Assembly: GCA_016936215.1 (NCBI GenBank)
Contig: JAFGPL010000244.1
Coordinates: 983-64,982, forward strand
From: Bacteroidales bacterium
Lineage (GTDB): Bacteria; Bacteroidota; Bacteroidia; Bacteroidales; UBA10428
Direction of reading: 5' to 3'
Length of the DNA: 64,000 bases
Positions within the stretch are counted from its first letter, which is position 1. Every line of letters begins with the position of its first letter. The translations under genes and the position numbers were made by a program. Shown one piece after another: positions 1 to 10,800 of the stretch. The notes beneath the pieces were generated by a model that searched no databases, was not told the DNA's origin, and saw only the letters and a program-made list of their open reading frames with translations.

Positions 1-1
1 A

Positions 2-2128
2 CCCGGTGAGAACCCGGCTTTTCGAATTCTCAGGGAGATATATGCCCGTAAAAAACAAAATGACCCGTCAAGGCTTGAGTCATATCATTACCGGGCTTAT
101 ACAAAACTAAGGCTCGACCTGAACAATATAACCGAAAAGATGAAAGACACAAGGTTCTTAAAGGATTTTGGGTTTGTTTTCGATTATATGGATTCTTCAG
201 AACTTTTTAACAAGAATTACCTGCCGTTGTTGATCACCGAGTCTGTTTCAAAAATGTATTATTCAAAAAATCCGCCCGTCAACCGCGAGGTGATAGAAGC
301 CTTCAAGGTTAGCGGCATCGAAAACAAAACCATTTCGCAATTTTCGGGAAGGATGTATCAGCAGATGAATATCTATGATAATTTCATTATATTCTTCGAT
401 CCGGGCTTTATAAGCCCCATTGCCGATTTTGGCAGAATGTATTACAAATACCATCTCGACGACAGCGCCACCATTGATAACCATTGGTGCTATAAAATAT
501 CATTCAGGCCAAAACGTAAGCAGGAGCGGACTTTTCATGGTTTTTTCTGGGTAGCCGATACCACGTTTGCCATCAAAACCATACAATTGCGCGTATCGGC
601 CGATGTTAACCTCAACCTGCTTAAAGATATGGTGGCAACATATAATTACGACCAGGTTAATGATACAACATGGTTTCTTACCAGCGAAGACCTGGTGATT
701 GATTTCAATGTGTTTGAAAAAGCTTATGGCTTTTTCGGCCGCAAGACAGCGGTATATGACAGTATTTCTCTCGATCACCCGGTCCCTGACGAGATTACCC
801 GCATCACAACCGACACCTATGTGGAGGAAAATTTAATTGACAGGGATGAGTCTTTCTGGGAAAGCAACCGAAAAACCCCTATTACCCTTGAAGACAGAAA
901 GGTTTACGAGATGGTTGATTCTGTGAAGACTGTACCGAGATATAAGTTGTATTACGGCTTTATAAACATGCTCGCGAGTTATTACATTGTGGCAGGCCCC
1001 GTTGAATACGGGCCTTATTATACCACAGTGAGCAGTAACCCTGTTGAAGGTTTGCGCCTGAGGGTGGGGGGAAGGACAAGTAATGCCTTCAGCACCAAGA
1101 TAATGCCCGGAGGTCATGTAGCCTATGGCTTTGGTGACAAGAGGCTGAAATACGGGTTATACTGTCAGTATATGGTGAATAACAATCCCCGCAGAACTGC
1201 ATATGTAGGATACTTTCACGATATAAGACAGCTTGGGAAGAGCGACAATGCCTTTCTCGACGATAATTTTATGGTCTCGCTCCTTAGAAGGAACCCGAAC
1301 TATAAATTAACCATGACCGACCAGTTCAAGGCAAGCTATGAACATGAATGGGCACATGGCGTTTCGAATACACTGAAATTCAACCATCAGGTAATTTACA
1401 GTACGGAATATGTCCCTTTTGGATATTTTTCGCCCGAGGGGGATACCGTATCAGCCTCATCGCTTTCATCAACAGATTTTACGCTATCAGTGCATTTTGC
1501 ATATCGCGAAAAGTTTCTCTGGGGCAAGTTTGAGCGTGTAAGCCTTGGTTCGGTTTACCCTATTATTGACCTTGACCTTACTTATGGCCCGAAAGATTTT
1601 ATGGATAATAAAAACGAATACTTTAAGCTAAGGATGAAGGTTTCAGACTGGATAGAAACCAACCCGATGGGTTATTTTAAATACATCCTGACCTATGGAA
1701 AGATATACGGTTCTTTGCCCTATCCTTTGTTAAACCTGCACGAAGGCAACGAAACCTATGCTTTTGATGCACTTTCTTTCAATATGATGAACTATTACGA
1801 ATTTGTGAGCGATGAGTATTTCAGGATATTTGCGGAGCAACATTTCCAGGGGTTCTTTTTTAACCGTATTCCTTTACTTCGCAAGCTGAACTGGCGCGAG
1901 GTACTTAATTGTAACGTGCTTTTCGGCGGATTGTCCGAAAAAAACAAAAGGGAGATGGTGTTTCCTGAAGGGCTTACAGGACTTGACGGGCCTTATCTTG
2001 AAGCCGGTGCGGGTGTTGAAAACATTTTCAAACTTTTAAGGGTAGATGCTATGTGGAGGTTGTCATATCTCGGTAAGCCCGGTGTGAACAGTTTCGGGGT
2101 AAGGGTATCTGCCCGTTTGTCGTTCTAA
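2..2128 (+). CDS. DUF5686-like large protein, 5'-truncated by the window edge
   Basis: The frame is open from nt 2 (PGENPAFRILREIYARKKQNDP...) straight into listed ORF 140..2128, so the ATG at 140 is internal. The NPAxxIxxxI..K..N opening and the size resemble Bacteroidota DUF5686/CarboxypepD_reg proteins; this family call is from memory. Confidence 0.6.
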   Translation, partial: PGENPAFRILREIYARKKQNDPSRLESYHYRAYTKLRLDLNNITEKMKDTRFLKDFGFVFDYMDSSELFNKNYLPLLITESVSKMYYSKNPPVNREVIEAFKVSGIENKTISQFSGRMYQQMNIYDNFIIFFDPGFISPIADFGRMYYKYHLDDSATIDNHWCYKISFRPKRKQERTFHGFFWVADTTFAIKTIQLRVSADVNLNLLKDMVATYNYDQVNDTTWFLTSEDLVIDFNVFEKAYGFFGRKTAVYDSISLDHPVPDEITRITTDTYVEENLIDRDESFWESNRKTPITLEDRKVYEMVDSVKTVPRYKLYYGFINMLASYYIVAGPVEYGPYYTTVSSNPVEGLRLRVGGRTSNAFSTKIMPGGHVAYGFGDKRLKYGLYCQYMVNNNPRRTAYVGYFHDIRQLGKSDNAFLDDNFMVSLLRRNPNYKLTMTDQFKASYEHEWAHGVSNTLKFNHQVIYSTEYVPFGYFSPEGDTVSASSLSSTDFTLSVHFAYREKFLWGKFERVSLGSVYPIIDLDLTYGPKDFMDNKNEYFKLRMKVSDWIETNPMGYFKYILTYGKIYGSLPYPLLNLHEGNETYAFDALSFNMMNYYEFVSDEYFRIFAEQHFQGFFFNRIPLLRKLNWREVLNCNVLFGGLSEKNKREMVFPEGLTGLDGPYLEAGAGVENIFKLLRVDAMWRLSYLGKPGVNSFGVRVSARLSF

Positions 2129-2161
2129 TATCACAAAATTTTTTTAATTCGCCCGGCATAT

Positions 2162-3460
2162 TTAAAACTCCGGCAGGTTTGAATTGATAATCAGCCTGAA
2201 AATATTTTCATTTCCTTCGTCTGCAGGAAATTTTGATAAATACCCGGTGTTGCCGTTGCCAACAGGATAGTAGAAGATATTATCGCCGGTGTTGTTGACG
2301 GGTGAGCCTAAATTGACCGGTGTATTCCACTTTTTGCCATCGGCTATGGCATAAAAAATATCATAACCACCCATGTTGTAATGTCCTTTGGAACTGAAGA
2401 AAAGAGCTGCCCCGTTTTTCAATACAACCGGTGATGCCTCGTCAAAAGGGGTATTAATGGTTTTTCCAAGGTTTTTGGGCTTACCCCAGGTATTGTCTTT
2501 TATCCTTTTTGAAACATAAATATCATAACCTCCGCTTCCACCTTTGCGGTTGCTGGCAATGTACAACAATTGACCGTTTTCTGAAATACCGGCCCCGGTC
2601 TCGTCAGCCGTGGAATTTATTTTGCCTGCCAGTTTTTCGGCTTTCGTCCATTTTTCATTTTCAAAATAGCTTACATAAATATCAGACCCCTGGTCGGTTT
2701 TGCGTATAAGGTACAGTTCATTACCGCTGTTCGAGAGCGAAGCAGGGTAAAACTCACCATCTGATCCGATGTCGGGGGTAATATTTACCGGGTCTGACCA
2801 TGTTTCTCCATCACGCTTGCTGTAATAGAGTGCATCGTAAAATTTAAGCCTGCGCACAAAAACCATTTTGTTTTCACTACCCGATAATACAGGGTATAAT
2901 TCAGATGCCGATGTGTTAATAACTTCAGCAAGTAATGTTTCTTCAAGTTTCAGGGGGTTGTCCTCAATGATTTTTGCCCGTTCGCACGATTTTATCTCGT
3001 TTTCAACAATGGTTACATTGTAATTGCCGGCATAAAAAGGAGAAAGGACAAAAGTGTTGTATGCTTCCAGTGCTTTGTCTAACTGGTTGTCTATACGATA
3101 TGCGTTGCCAAGATAAAAATAGGCATGCAAAGGAGCATTGGTTTCTTCGAATGATCTTTTTTTATACTTGTTCTTTTCTGTAATATTTTTAACTGCTTTC
3201 TCAAAATAAGGTATGGCTTTGGCTTCCTGTCCCGGTATGTTTAAGTAACTTTCACCAATTTTGAAATTATAATGAGAGTTTTCCGGTTGATAATCCACCA
3301 GCCTGAGATAATAATACAAAGCTTCCTGGTAATCACCCCTGTTGAAAAAAAACTCGCCCTCATCAAAATATTCTTTGTATTCTGAAACCTTATCTTCTTG
3401 TGCAGATAATGGCATGAAAAAGCTTAAGGCAACGTAAATAATTATTAGTAATTGTTTCAT
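2162..3460 (-). CDS. Secreted TPR + PD40/TolB-like beta-propeller protein (paralog A, no C-terminal anchor domain)
   Basis: ATG at 3460 gives signal peptide MKQLLIIIYVALSFFMPLSAQ; the listed start at 3484 is TTG. TPR block ...YFYLGNAYRIDNQLDKALEAYNTF. Propeller repeats FYDALYYS, GGYDIYVS, GHYNMGGYDIFY, GDNIFYYP are shared with the three downstream paralogs. Confidence 0.85.
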   Translation of the reverse strand: MKQLLIIIYVALSFFMPLSAQEDKVSEYKEYFDEGEFFFNRGDYQEALYYYLRLVDYQPENSHYNFKIGESYLNIPGQEAKAIPYFEKAVKNITEKNKYKKRSFEETNAPLHAYFYLGNAYRIDNQLDKALEAYNTFVLSPFYAGNYNVTIVENEIKSCERAKIIEDNPLKLEETLLAEVINTSASELYPVLSGSENKMVFVRRLKFYDALYYSKRDGETWSDPVNITPDIGSDGEFYPASLSNSGNELYLIRKTDQGSDIYVSYFENEKWTKAEKLAGKINSTADETGAGISENGQLLYIASNRKGGSGGYDIYVSKRIKDNTWGKPKNLGKTINTPFDEASPVVLKNGAALFFSSKGHYNMGGYDIFYAIADGKKWNTPVNLGSPVNNTGDNIFYYPVGNGNTGYLSKFPADEGNENIFRLIINSNLPEF

Positions 3461-3690
3461 CTTGAAAAAGATTGGATGATTCAAATTTATGAAAACTAAT
3501 CAGAATATGAAACGAATTGGTAAAATAGAATGAAAAAGAGGCCGGGTAAGAAGTCTTTTTTTTTAAACAGTAGTCGCGTACAAGATAAGGCAATCTCCTC
3601 TTTTACAAGATATTGCTACATAAGACATACCGTGTGGCAATTACGTTTTCTACAGAATTTTTACCCAGCCTCTTTTAGATAATAGCAGTT

Positions 3691-5583
3691 TTATTTTATC
3701 TGTAAATTTTCAGGGACTTCACTTTTTTTGATTAAAAGCTTCGAAGCATCATTGCCTTTAATTTCTATCTCTACCCTGCGGTTGTACCTCCGGCCTTCGG
3801 GGTTGTCGCTTCCATCGGGATTGCTGTTTATGGCAGCAAAACGGGTTTCGCCATATCCAATGGCGACCAGTTTACCAGCGCTAACCCCGGCAGCAACAAG
3901 GTAATTCCTGGCTGCATTGGCACGCTTAACAGACAGTGTTTTGTTATATTCTGCAGAACCTATGGCATCGGTAAGCCCGATGAGTTCAAAAGTCAATCCG
4001 GGATATTTTTTGGCAAGTGATACTATCTGATCAAGTTCTGTTTTACCCTTTTCAGTTAAAGCATAACTATCGAAGGCAAAATAAACAGGGGTAAGCAGGA
4101 CTTCTTCTTTGGCGGCTTCAACGGTCACTGTTTCCTCAGGTTGCATTTCTTCGGCAACCAAATCCTGCACAGCTTCACCGGTTGTTTCCTGTTCTGTTGA
4201 TGCTGTAGTTTCCTCTACTACAGGTGTTTCTCCGGTTTCTTCTGTAACCTGCGCTACCTCCGGTTTTTCTTCCTCAACTACTTCTTCGGTTTCGGCAACA
4301 CCCGGCACGATTATCTGTACCTTGTAAATATCCTCTTTTCCAAGGCCGTCGGGTTCAAGCAGTGAGATATAGCCATATTTGCCGTTTTTGTAAGGATAGT
4401 AAAAAAGATCATCATCGGTGGTGTTCAGCGGGTAGCCGAGATTTACTGGGTAACCCCAGTTACTGTTAACATCGGCTACAGCTTTGAAAATATCGTAACC
4501 TCCAAGCCCTTTATGACCTTGTGAACTGAAGAAAAGTGTTTTCCCGTCTTCGGTGATAAAAGGATTGTCTTCGTTAAGTGCCGTATTAATTGCGGCTCCT
4601 AAGTTTACCGGGGTACCCCAGTCGCCGGAGGCATCAAGTTCCGATTTATAGATGTCCATGCCGCCATAGCCTTCCTGCCTGTTACTCGCGAAATACAAGA
4701 CCTTTCCGTCTTTCGAAATGCTTGCATGCGATTCCCAGAATTTTGTATTGATGAGCTTGTTCAGGGGTACTGATTTTTGCCAGATGCTTTCAACCAGCCT
4801 GCTTACATAAATGTCGCTGTTAAAATTATCTTCCCTGGTTAGGTATAACACGGTGCCATCGTAAGAAACCGATGTAACGTACTGGTCCCCGTCAGATTGT
4901 ATCATCGGGGTGATGTTTACAGGATTTGACCATTGACCGTTTTTCAACACGGAGTAGTAAACTGCATCATAGAAGGGTAGTTCGTTCATATAGAGCAGTG
5001 TTTTTCCATCGCCAGAAATTACGGCTTTAAAGTTTGAAGAAGTGGTATTGATGACTTCGCCAAGGTTTGTTTTTTCAAGGGTTACAGGATTTGCCATAAA
5101 CTCTTTGGCGGCATTGCATGCGGCAATCTGGATATCCGCAAAGGCAATATCATTTTTATCTGAGGCGGGTAAAAACTTCCGGTAAGTGTTGTATGCTTCG
5201 ATTGCTTTATCAAGCATGTTGTTTACCCTGTATGCATTGCCCAGGAAGAGATATGCATCCATCGGGGCTTTTTCTTCCTTGTATTTGCTGTCCCTGTTAT
5301 TGTTTTTGATATTTTTAACGGCCTCAAGCAGATAAGGGATAGACTTGTCTTTCATGCCCGGGATATTCAAATAACACACCCCTATCCTGTAATTAATATT
5401 GGCATTGTCTTTAAATCCATTATTGTATAACTCGGTATAGTCATACAATGCATCAATGTATTCTTCCTGGGCCAGAAAAAACTCGGCATCGAGAAAGTAT
5501 TCTTTAAGCACCTCTTCTGTAACCTGCGCCTTAACAGCAAGGGTTGATGCAATTATCATAAACAGGAATAGAGCTTGTTTCAT
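3691..5583 (-). CDS. TPR + beta-propeller + acidic linker + OmpA_C peptidoglycan-binding protein (paralog B)
   Basis: Signal peptide MKQALFLFMIIASTLAVKAQ. Same TPR and propeller motifs (YLFLGNAYRVNNMLDKAIEAYNTY, GGMDIYKS, GLGGYDIFKA, DDDLFYYP). About 65 aa of E/T/V-rich linker. OmpA_C end: FAFDSYAL...TDAIGSAEYNKTLSVKRANA...NRRVEIEI. Confidence 0.9.
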   Translation of the reverse strand: MKQALFLFMIIASTLAVKAQVTEEVLKEYFLDAEFFLAQEEYIDALYDYTELYNNGFKDNANINYRIGVCYLNIPGMKDKSIPYLLEAVKNIKNNNRDSKYKEEKAPMDAYLFLGNAYRVNNMLDKAIEAYNTYRKFLPASDKNDIAFADIQIAACNAAKEFMANPVTLEKTNLGEVINTTSSNFKAVISGDGKTLLYMNELPFYDAVYYSVLKNGQWSNPVNITPMIQSDGDQYVTSVSYDGTVLYLTREDNFNSDIYVSRLVESIWQKSVPLNKLINTKFWESHASISKDGKVLYFASNRQEGYGGMDIYKSELDASGDWGTPVNLGAAINTALNEDNPFITEDGKTLFFSSQGHKGLGGYDIFKAVADVNSNWGYPVNLGYPLNTTDDDLFYYPYKNGKYGYISLLEPDGLGKEDIYKVQIIVPGVAETEEVVEEEKPEVAQVTEETGETPVVEETTASTEQETTGEAVQDLVAEEMQPEETVTVEAAKEEVLLTPVYFAFDSYALTEKGKTELDQIVSLAKKYPGLTFELIGLTDAIGSAEYNKTLSVKRANAARNYLVAAGVSAGKLVAIGYGETRFAAINSNPDGSDNPEGRRYNRRVEIEIKGNDASKLLIKKSEVPENLQIK

Positions 5584-5790
5584 CAGGGGTAATTTTGAAG
5601 TTTTACAAAGTCATTATAATAGAAAAACTGTCGAATTAAGGTTCGTCGTTATTAACATATTATAAATAAACAGCTAAATTTAATAAAATAGGCAGAATTA
5701 AAATGCATTCTACCCGATATTTTTATTAAAAATTAAAAACCGTTTGTCTATTAAGCAGCCTGAAAGACTATTTCCGAAGCTTCATGCATT

Positions 5791-7875
5791 TTAATTCTTT
5801 TTAAAAAGAAGCTCTTCCGGAACATTGTTCATGTATATAATGATCAGATATTCAGGTACCCTATCAAGTTCAATTTCTACCCTGCGGTTGTATTTCCTTC
5901 CATTCGGATTATCGGTGCCGTCTGCATTATTGTTTACGGCAACCGGTGCTTCTTCACCAAGCCCGTTCACGTCAATACGCGATACATCAATCTTCGCCGC
6001 AACCATCAGGTCCCTGATACGCTGTGCCCTTTTAACCGAAAGGCCCTTATTGTAAGACGCATCACCAATGGCATCGGTGTACCCGTTAATGATAATTTTT
6101 ACATCGGGATACTTTTGAAGAAGCTCAGTGAGTCCTGTAATATATTCAATATCTGCCGCAGATATTGCAAATCTGTCGAAGCCAAATAGTATGTGCCTGA
6201 TAATAATTGTATCTTCCTGGTGCTTTGCAGGCTCCTTTTGGGCCTGATCACCCTGCAGTGTCATCATATCCGGAGAGGTGGCAATTCGCGCCAGAAGCGA
6301 TTCATCGAGTTCCGTGTCAATAATAAGGTCGTTAACGGTAAGATAATCAGGCAGTGAAATATTTTTTTTATCTAAATATTCCTTATCTGCAAAAAAGTTA
6401 AGCTCGTATTCACCTGATGGAAGTTTGTAAGTGTATTTTCCGTCTGGTTCGGTCTTTTTAATGCTTAAAGTATCGTCTGCCAGTTTGTCAACCAGGGCTA
6501 TTTCAATCCGTTCGTACGGGAGCGGTTGATCACCTTTGGGTTTAAGCTGCCCGCGAACATTAAAGCGTGCAGGATTGGCCTTTGATAATAGTTCGAAGCG
6601 GAAAATGTCCATCGAACCAAACAGGTTATCGGAATATTTTGCATGGTAACCTGTATTTCCATCTTTTACCGGGAAGTAGAAAAGATCGTCATCAGAAGTA
6701 TTTAAGGGATAACCGGCATTTGACGGATTGCCCCAGTTGCCGGTCTCGTCCGCATCGGAATAAAAAATATCGTACCCCCCCATGTTATAATGCCCCATAG
6801 AACTAAACCACATTCTTTTATTATCGTCTGTAACAAAAGGGGTCTCCTCATTCATGGCAGTGTTAACAGCCGGTCCGAGGTTGATAGCAGGTGACCATTC
6901 GCCGTCGCTGTTCATTTCAGACCTGTAAATATCAAGCCCGCCATACCCTCCGGGTTTATTGCTTGTGAAAATAAGGGTTTTACCGTTATTTGCAAAACTG
7001 GCATGTGTCTCGTTGAAAAGGGTGTTGATATTGTCGTTGAGCTTGCTGATCTGTTCCCATTTTCCGTCTTTTTTTTCACACATATAAATATCTCCCCTTG
7101 AGTAGGGATCGTACATCTGAAGCAACAAGGTATTGCCGTCTTTTGAAAGTCCGGTGACAAAAAAATCCCCGTCTGATCTGAGATTTGCGGTAATATTATC
7201 AGGAAGCGTCCATGAACCTGAAGCCTTAACAGCATTCATAACTGCATCATAGAATTTCAGGGCTTCCATGTAATAAATCTGTGTTTCATCACTGGTTACT
7301 AATGGATTGAAGTTAGAACTGGTGTTATTGATACCTTCGTCAACAGGTGTTTTTTTAAGCATGATTTCTGCTTCAACAAGGCTTATTGCATTTTCACATT
7401 GCTTTATCTCTAAATCAGCCCTGGCATATAGTTCCGACCCGCTGTCAACAGAATCCTTCAAGATATTCAGAATATTGAAACACTTCTCAAACTGATAATT
7501 GATTCTGTATGCCATACCCAAATAAAGTAAAGCATCAAGCGGGGCTTTGTCTTCAGAAGGGGATTTGCCTATGTAGCTGCCAGAAGCTTTTTTACAGGCT
7601 GTTTCAAGGTAGCCTATTGCATTTTCTTTCCTGCCGGGTGAGAAAAGATAACAATAACCAATTTTGTAGGAGATATTGGCGGTTTTGAAGCCTTTATCGT
7701 ACAATTGCCTGAAAAAGGGCAATGCTTCGTTGCACTCTTCTGAAAGAATGAATTCTTCACCTTCAATATATTGCTCTTCGGGGCTTAATACAAATTGTCC
7801 ATAAGACAGTAAGCCTAAGAGACTGAACAAGAGGGTAAATAAGGTTTTTTTTGGTTTAATAAGGGTTTTTGTCAT
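5791..7875 (-). CDS. PorE-like protein: TPR + beta-propeller + carboxypeptidase-regulatory-like beta-sandwich + OmpA_C (paralog C)
   Basis: ATG start and signal-like N-terminus. Motifs YLGMAYRINYQFEKC, GGLDIYRS, GHYNMGGYDIFYS, DDDLFYFP. CRD-like segment FNVRGQLKP...DGKYTYKLPSGEYELNF. OmpA_C end: FGFDRFAI...TDAIGDASYNKGLSVKRAQ...NRRVEIEL. The domain order matches that published for P. gingivalis PorE (PG1058). Confidence 0.85.
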   Translation of the reverse strand: MTKTLIKPKKTLFTLLFSLLGLLSYGQFVLSPEEQYIEGEEFILSEECNEALPFFRQLYDKGFKTANISYKIGYCYLFSPGRKENAIGYLETACKKASGSYIGKSPSEDKAPLDALLYLGMAYRINYQFEKCFNILNILKDSVDSGSELYARADLEIKQCENAISLVEAEIMLKKTPVDEGINNTSSNFNPLVTSDETQIYYMEALKFYDAVMNAVKASGSWTLPDNITANLRSDGDFFVTGLSKDGNTLLLQMYDPYSRGDIYMCEKKDGKWEQISKLNDNINTLFNETHASFANNGKTLIFTSNKPGGYGGLDIYRSEMNSDGEWSPAINLGPAVNTAMNEETPFVTDDNKRMWFSSMGHYNMGGYDIFYSDADETGNWGNPSNAGYPLNTSDDDLFYFPVKDGNTGYHAKYSDNLFGSMDIFRFELLSKANPARFNVRGQLKPKGDQPLPYERIEIALVDKLADDTLSIKKTEPDGKYTYKLPSGEYELNFFADKEYLDKKNISLPDYLTVNDLIIDTELDESLLARIATSPDMMTLQGDQAQKEPAKHQEDTIIIRHILFGFDRFAISAADIEYITGLTELLQKYPDVKIIINGYTDAIGDASYNKGLSVKRAQRIRDLMVAAKIDVSRIDVNGLGEEAPVAVNNNADGTDNPNGRKYNRRVEIELDRVPEYLIIIYMNNVPEELLFKKN

Positions 7876-7883
7876 TTTTCAGC

Positions 7884-10800
7884 TCAGGTTTTTTTTAACT
7901 TCTTCTTTCTTTTCTTTCTAAGAATGAAAAATATAATAATGAGCAGCAATAATCCATTGGCCAGGATTAAAATAGTTGCAAGTTTCTTTTTAGCTGTTTT
8001 ATCCTGACTGTCTGCTGTTATGTCTGTTTCGCCCACATCCAGGCCTTTGTCAAATACCAGTTTAAGCAAGAGGTTCAGAAGGTCTTGCTCTGTAAATTTA
8101 TACTCCCCGGTGTAACCGATCAGGTGCTGGAGCAGCTCGTAAGGAGATGAAAACTGCTGCATGTCAATAAGTTCTAATGTCCTGTTCAGATCAAGACCGG
8201 CGTTCTTTTTGAGTAATTTAACAAAATCTGCGGTGTTTTCTGTTCCTATAATGTCCAGAAGCAATTGATATATGGTCTGCCTGTTGTAATCGTGCAGTTC
8301 GGAGGTATTAATCAGATAGTTAAGCAGGTCGGCAAAGGTTGATATTCCTTTTTCCTTCAAATCCAGCGACTGAATCACGGCTTTAAGGTTGCCCGACGCA
8401 TGTTTTGCAAGGTACTGCCTGAACAATTCAAGGTTTTTATCAGAATTAGCTTTGATATATTCAACCAGTTCTATCACTTCCTTATTTGTATAACCTTTGT
8501 TTGCAGCATTGGCCCAGAGGTATTGCAGCAGTTCTTTCGATGTCTTAATATTCTCGGTATTAAGGTTAAGGTCAGAGAGTGTTTGTTTGAGGTTACCCTT
8601 TCCGTTCAGGATCATGCTTTGGTGCAGGTAGTCCATATCAAGGTTTACCGAGGATTCTTTCAAAAGATTTTCAACATCCTTTTTGGTATATCTGTCTTCG
8701 CCTGCATTTGCGTATAAATGCATGGTAAGCTGAAAAGGTTCAGCAAAATTCTTAATCCCCGATTCAAGTTTTCTCAATGCAAAACCCATTTCCTGCGAAG
8801 AGTTTGCATTTAGGATATCCAGATAATCGTTGATGTTGCCTGTATTTTTTGATGCAATATTTGTCAATGCATAATTAAGGTCGTCCACAGGGTAAGGTTT
8901 GGTTGGAATATCTGAATATAAAATGTCCACAAGTTTTTCAGGGAAGTATATCCCGGACGAATCGGGGTTAAGTGATGAAAGGTAACTTTTCATCTTTTCT
9001 GAAGCAGGCTTTTTAATTTCTTCAAAATAATCAGAAAGCTCTTTCTGAGCAAGATAATTGATGAACAGGTTGTCTATTTCTGCCAAAGTATAAGAATTGC
9101 CGGGCATCTCTTTAATAAGGTAGTCGTAGAGCTCAGAAGCGCTGTTTATTCCAAGCTGCTCAAAATCCAGGCTTTCAAGGTATTTTTGTAAATTGCCGTT
9201 GCTTAACTGTGATAGGTTTCTGAATGATTCAAGCTCTTTTACAGGAATTTTGTTCACCTGTTCAGCAATGGATTCGGGCGCCGGGGCAGGTGTATATTCA
9301 ATAACTACCTTTTTTGTCACAGAGTTACCTTCTGCATCGGATAAAGTAAATTCAAGCATATTGGTGCCTTCCCTGGGGGTGTAAAGGTATACAAAACGTC
9401 GCCTGTTAAGCTCAAGTTGTTCGTTTTTAATGAGTGAATCGTTGTTATATATATTTATGTCAAGGGTTGTATTTCTGTCAACATTCAGTCTTATGGCTAC
9501 TGGTTCGCCGGTGGAAACAGTATAGTTTTCGGTTTCAATCTCAAGCTTGGGTTGAATTTGCTGTGGTATCTCTTCTTGTTGTTGCGATGAAGCCTCCTCT
9601 GTAGATGCGGAAAGGGTGGTTTGGTGCGCGAAAATATCCGAGGGGTGTGCTACCGGAATATTAATAGTTTCACGGCTTTCGGCAATACCTTTGCCTGAGA
9701 TAACGAGATCAAATTTACCCGATTGTGCGTTCAGGCTGTATGTGCCATCGGTATTAATACTGGTCTCGCTGAAAGTCTTATTTGTTTTTTTATCAATTAG
9801 CTTTACGGTGGTGTTTTCAAAATTAAACTTAACCTCGTCAGTTTTCAGAGCCAATCCTTTTAAAGTAAATTTACGGGGGTGCAAATCCGAGAATATCTCA
9901 AACCTGTAAAGGTCGTCAAGGCCATATCCCAATTCGGGGTCAAACATAGCATAATAGGCAAATTCCCCGTTTTTTACAGGAACAAAAAACAGGTCGTCCC
10001 CGGTTGTATTTATAGGGTATCCGGCATTTAATGGTTTTGACCATGTACCGTTCTCAAGCAGGGTGGAGTAGAAAATATCAAACCCGCCCATATTGTAATG
10101 TCCCTGTGAACTGAAATATATTGTTTTCCCGTCACCGGTAAGAAACGGGGAGTCTTCGTTATATTCTGAGTTTATGGTCTGGCCAAAATTTACCGGTTCT
10201 CCCCAGTTATTTTTTCCAAGCCGTTTGGAGGTGTAGATATCCAGGCCACCAAAACCGCCATTTCTGTTGCTGGTAAAATAAAGGGTTTGCCCGTCAGGAG
10301 AGAAGGATGCATGTGATTCCCAGTATTTGGTGTTGATATTGCCTCCAAGTTTTTCAAGCTTTGACCATTTTTCACCATCCCTGAAACTGATATAAACATT
10401 TCCGTCAAAGCCATCGCTGCGGTAGACCAATAATTCAGAACCGTTCCATGAGAGCCCTGTGCAGTATGAGTTTCCATCAAGGGCAAATGAGGGGGTGAGG
10501 TTTACGGGGTAAGACCATTTCCCGTTTTCCTTTTTACAATAGAAAACGCCATCGTAAAACTGTAATTTTTTGGTGAATACAAGGGTGCTTTCGTCTCCCG
10601 ATACGATAGGGTTAATTTCGGCAAACCTGGAATTGATATCTTCCCCGAGGTTTTGTTTTACAATATAGTTTGGTCTTTTTTCAATATCAAGGGCTACTTT
10701 GCAAGCTTTTATCTGTTTGTCAACAAGCGAGGCATCGTAAACAACCGGGTCAAGGATTGTTTTAAAGTATTCATAAGTTTCAATGGCCTCGTTCAGCCTG

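Noticed and set aside
3461-3484. N-terminal extensions from TTG/GTG starts in the ORF track (also at 11181..11189, 15672..15677, 25928..25972, 33171..33269, 41070..41087, 46191..46208, 59319..59384)
   Set aside because: In each case a nearby downstream ATG yields a canonical signal peptide or the conserved family N-terminus, and often removes an overlap with the neighbouring gene. The extensions add non-conserved residues.
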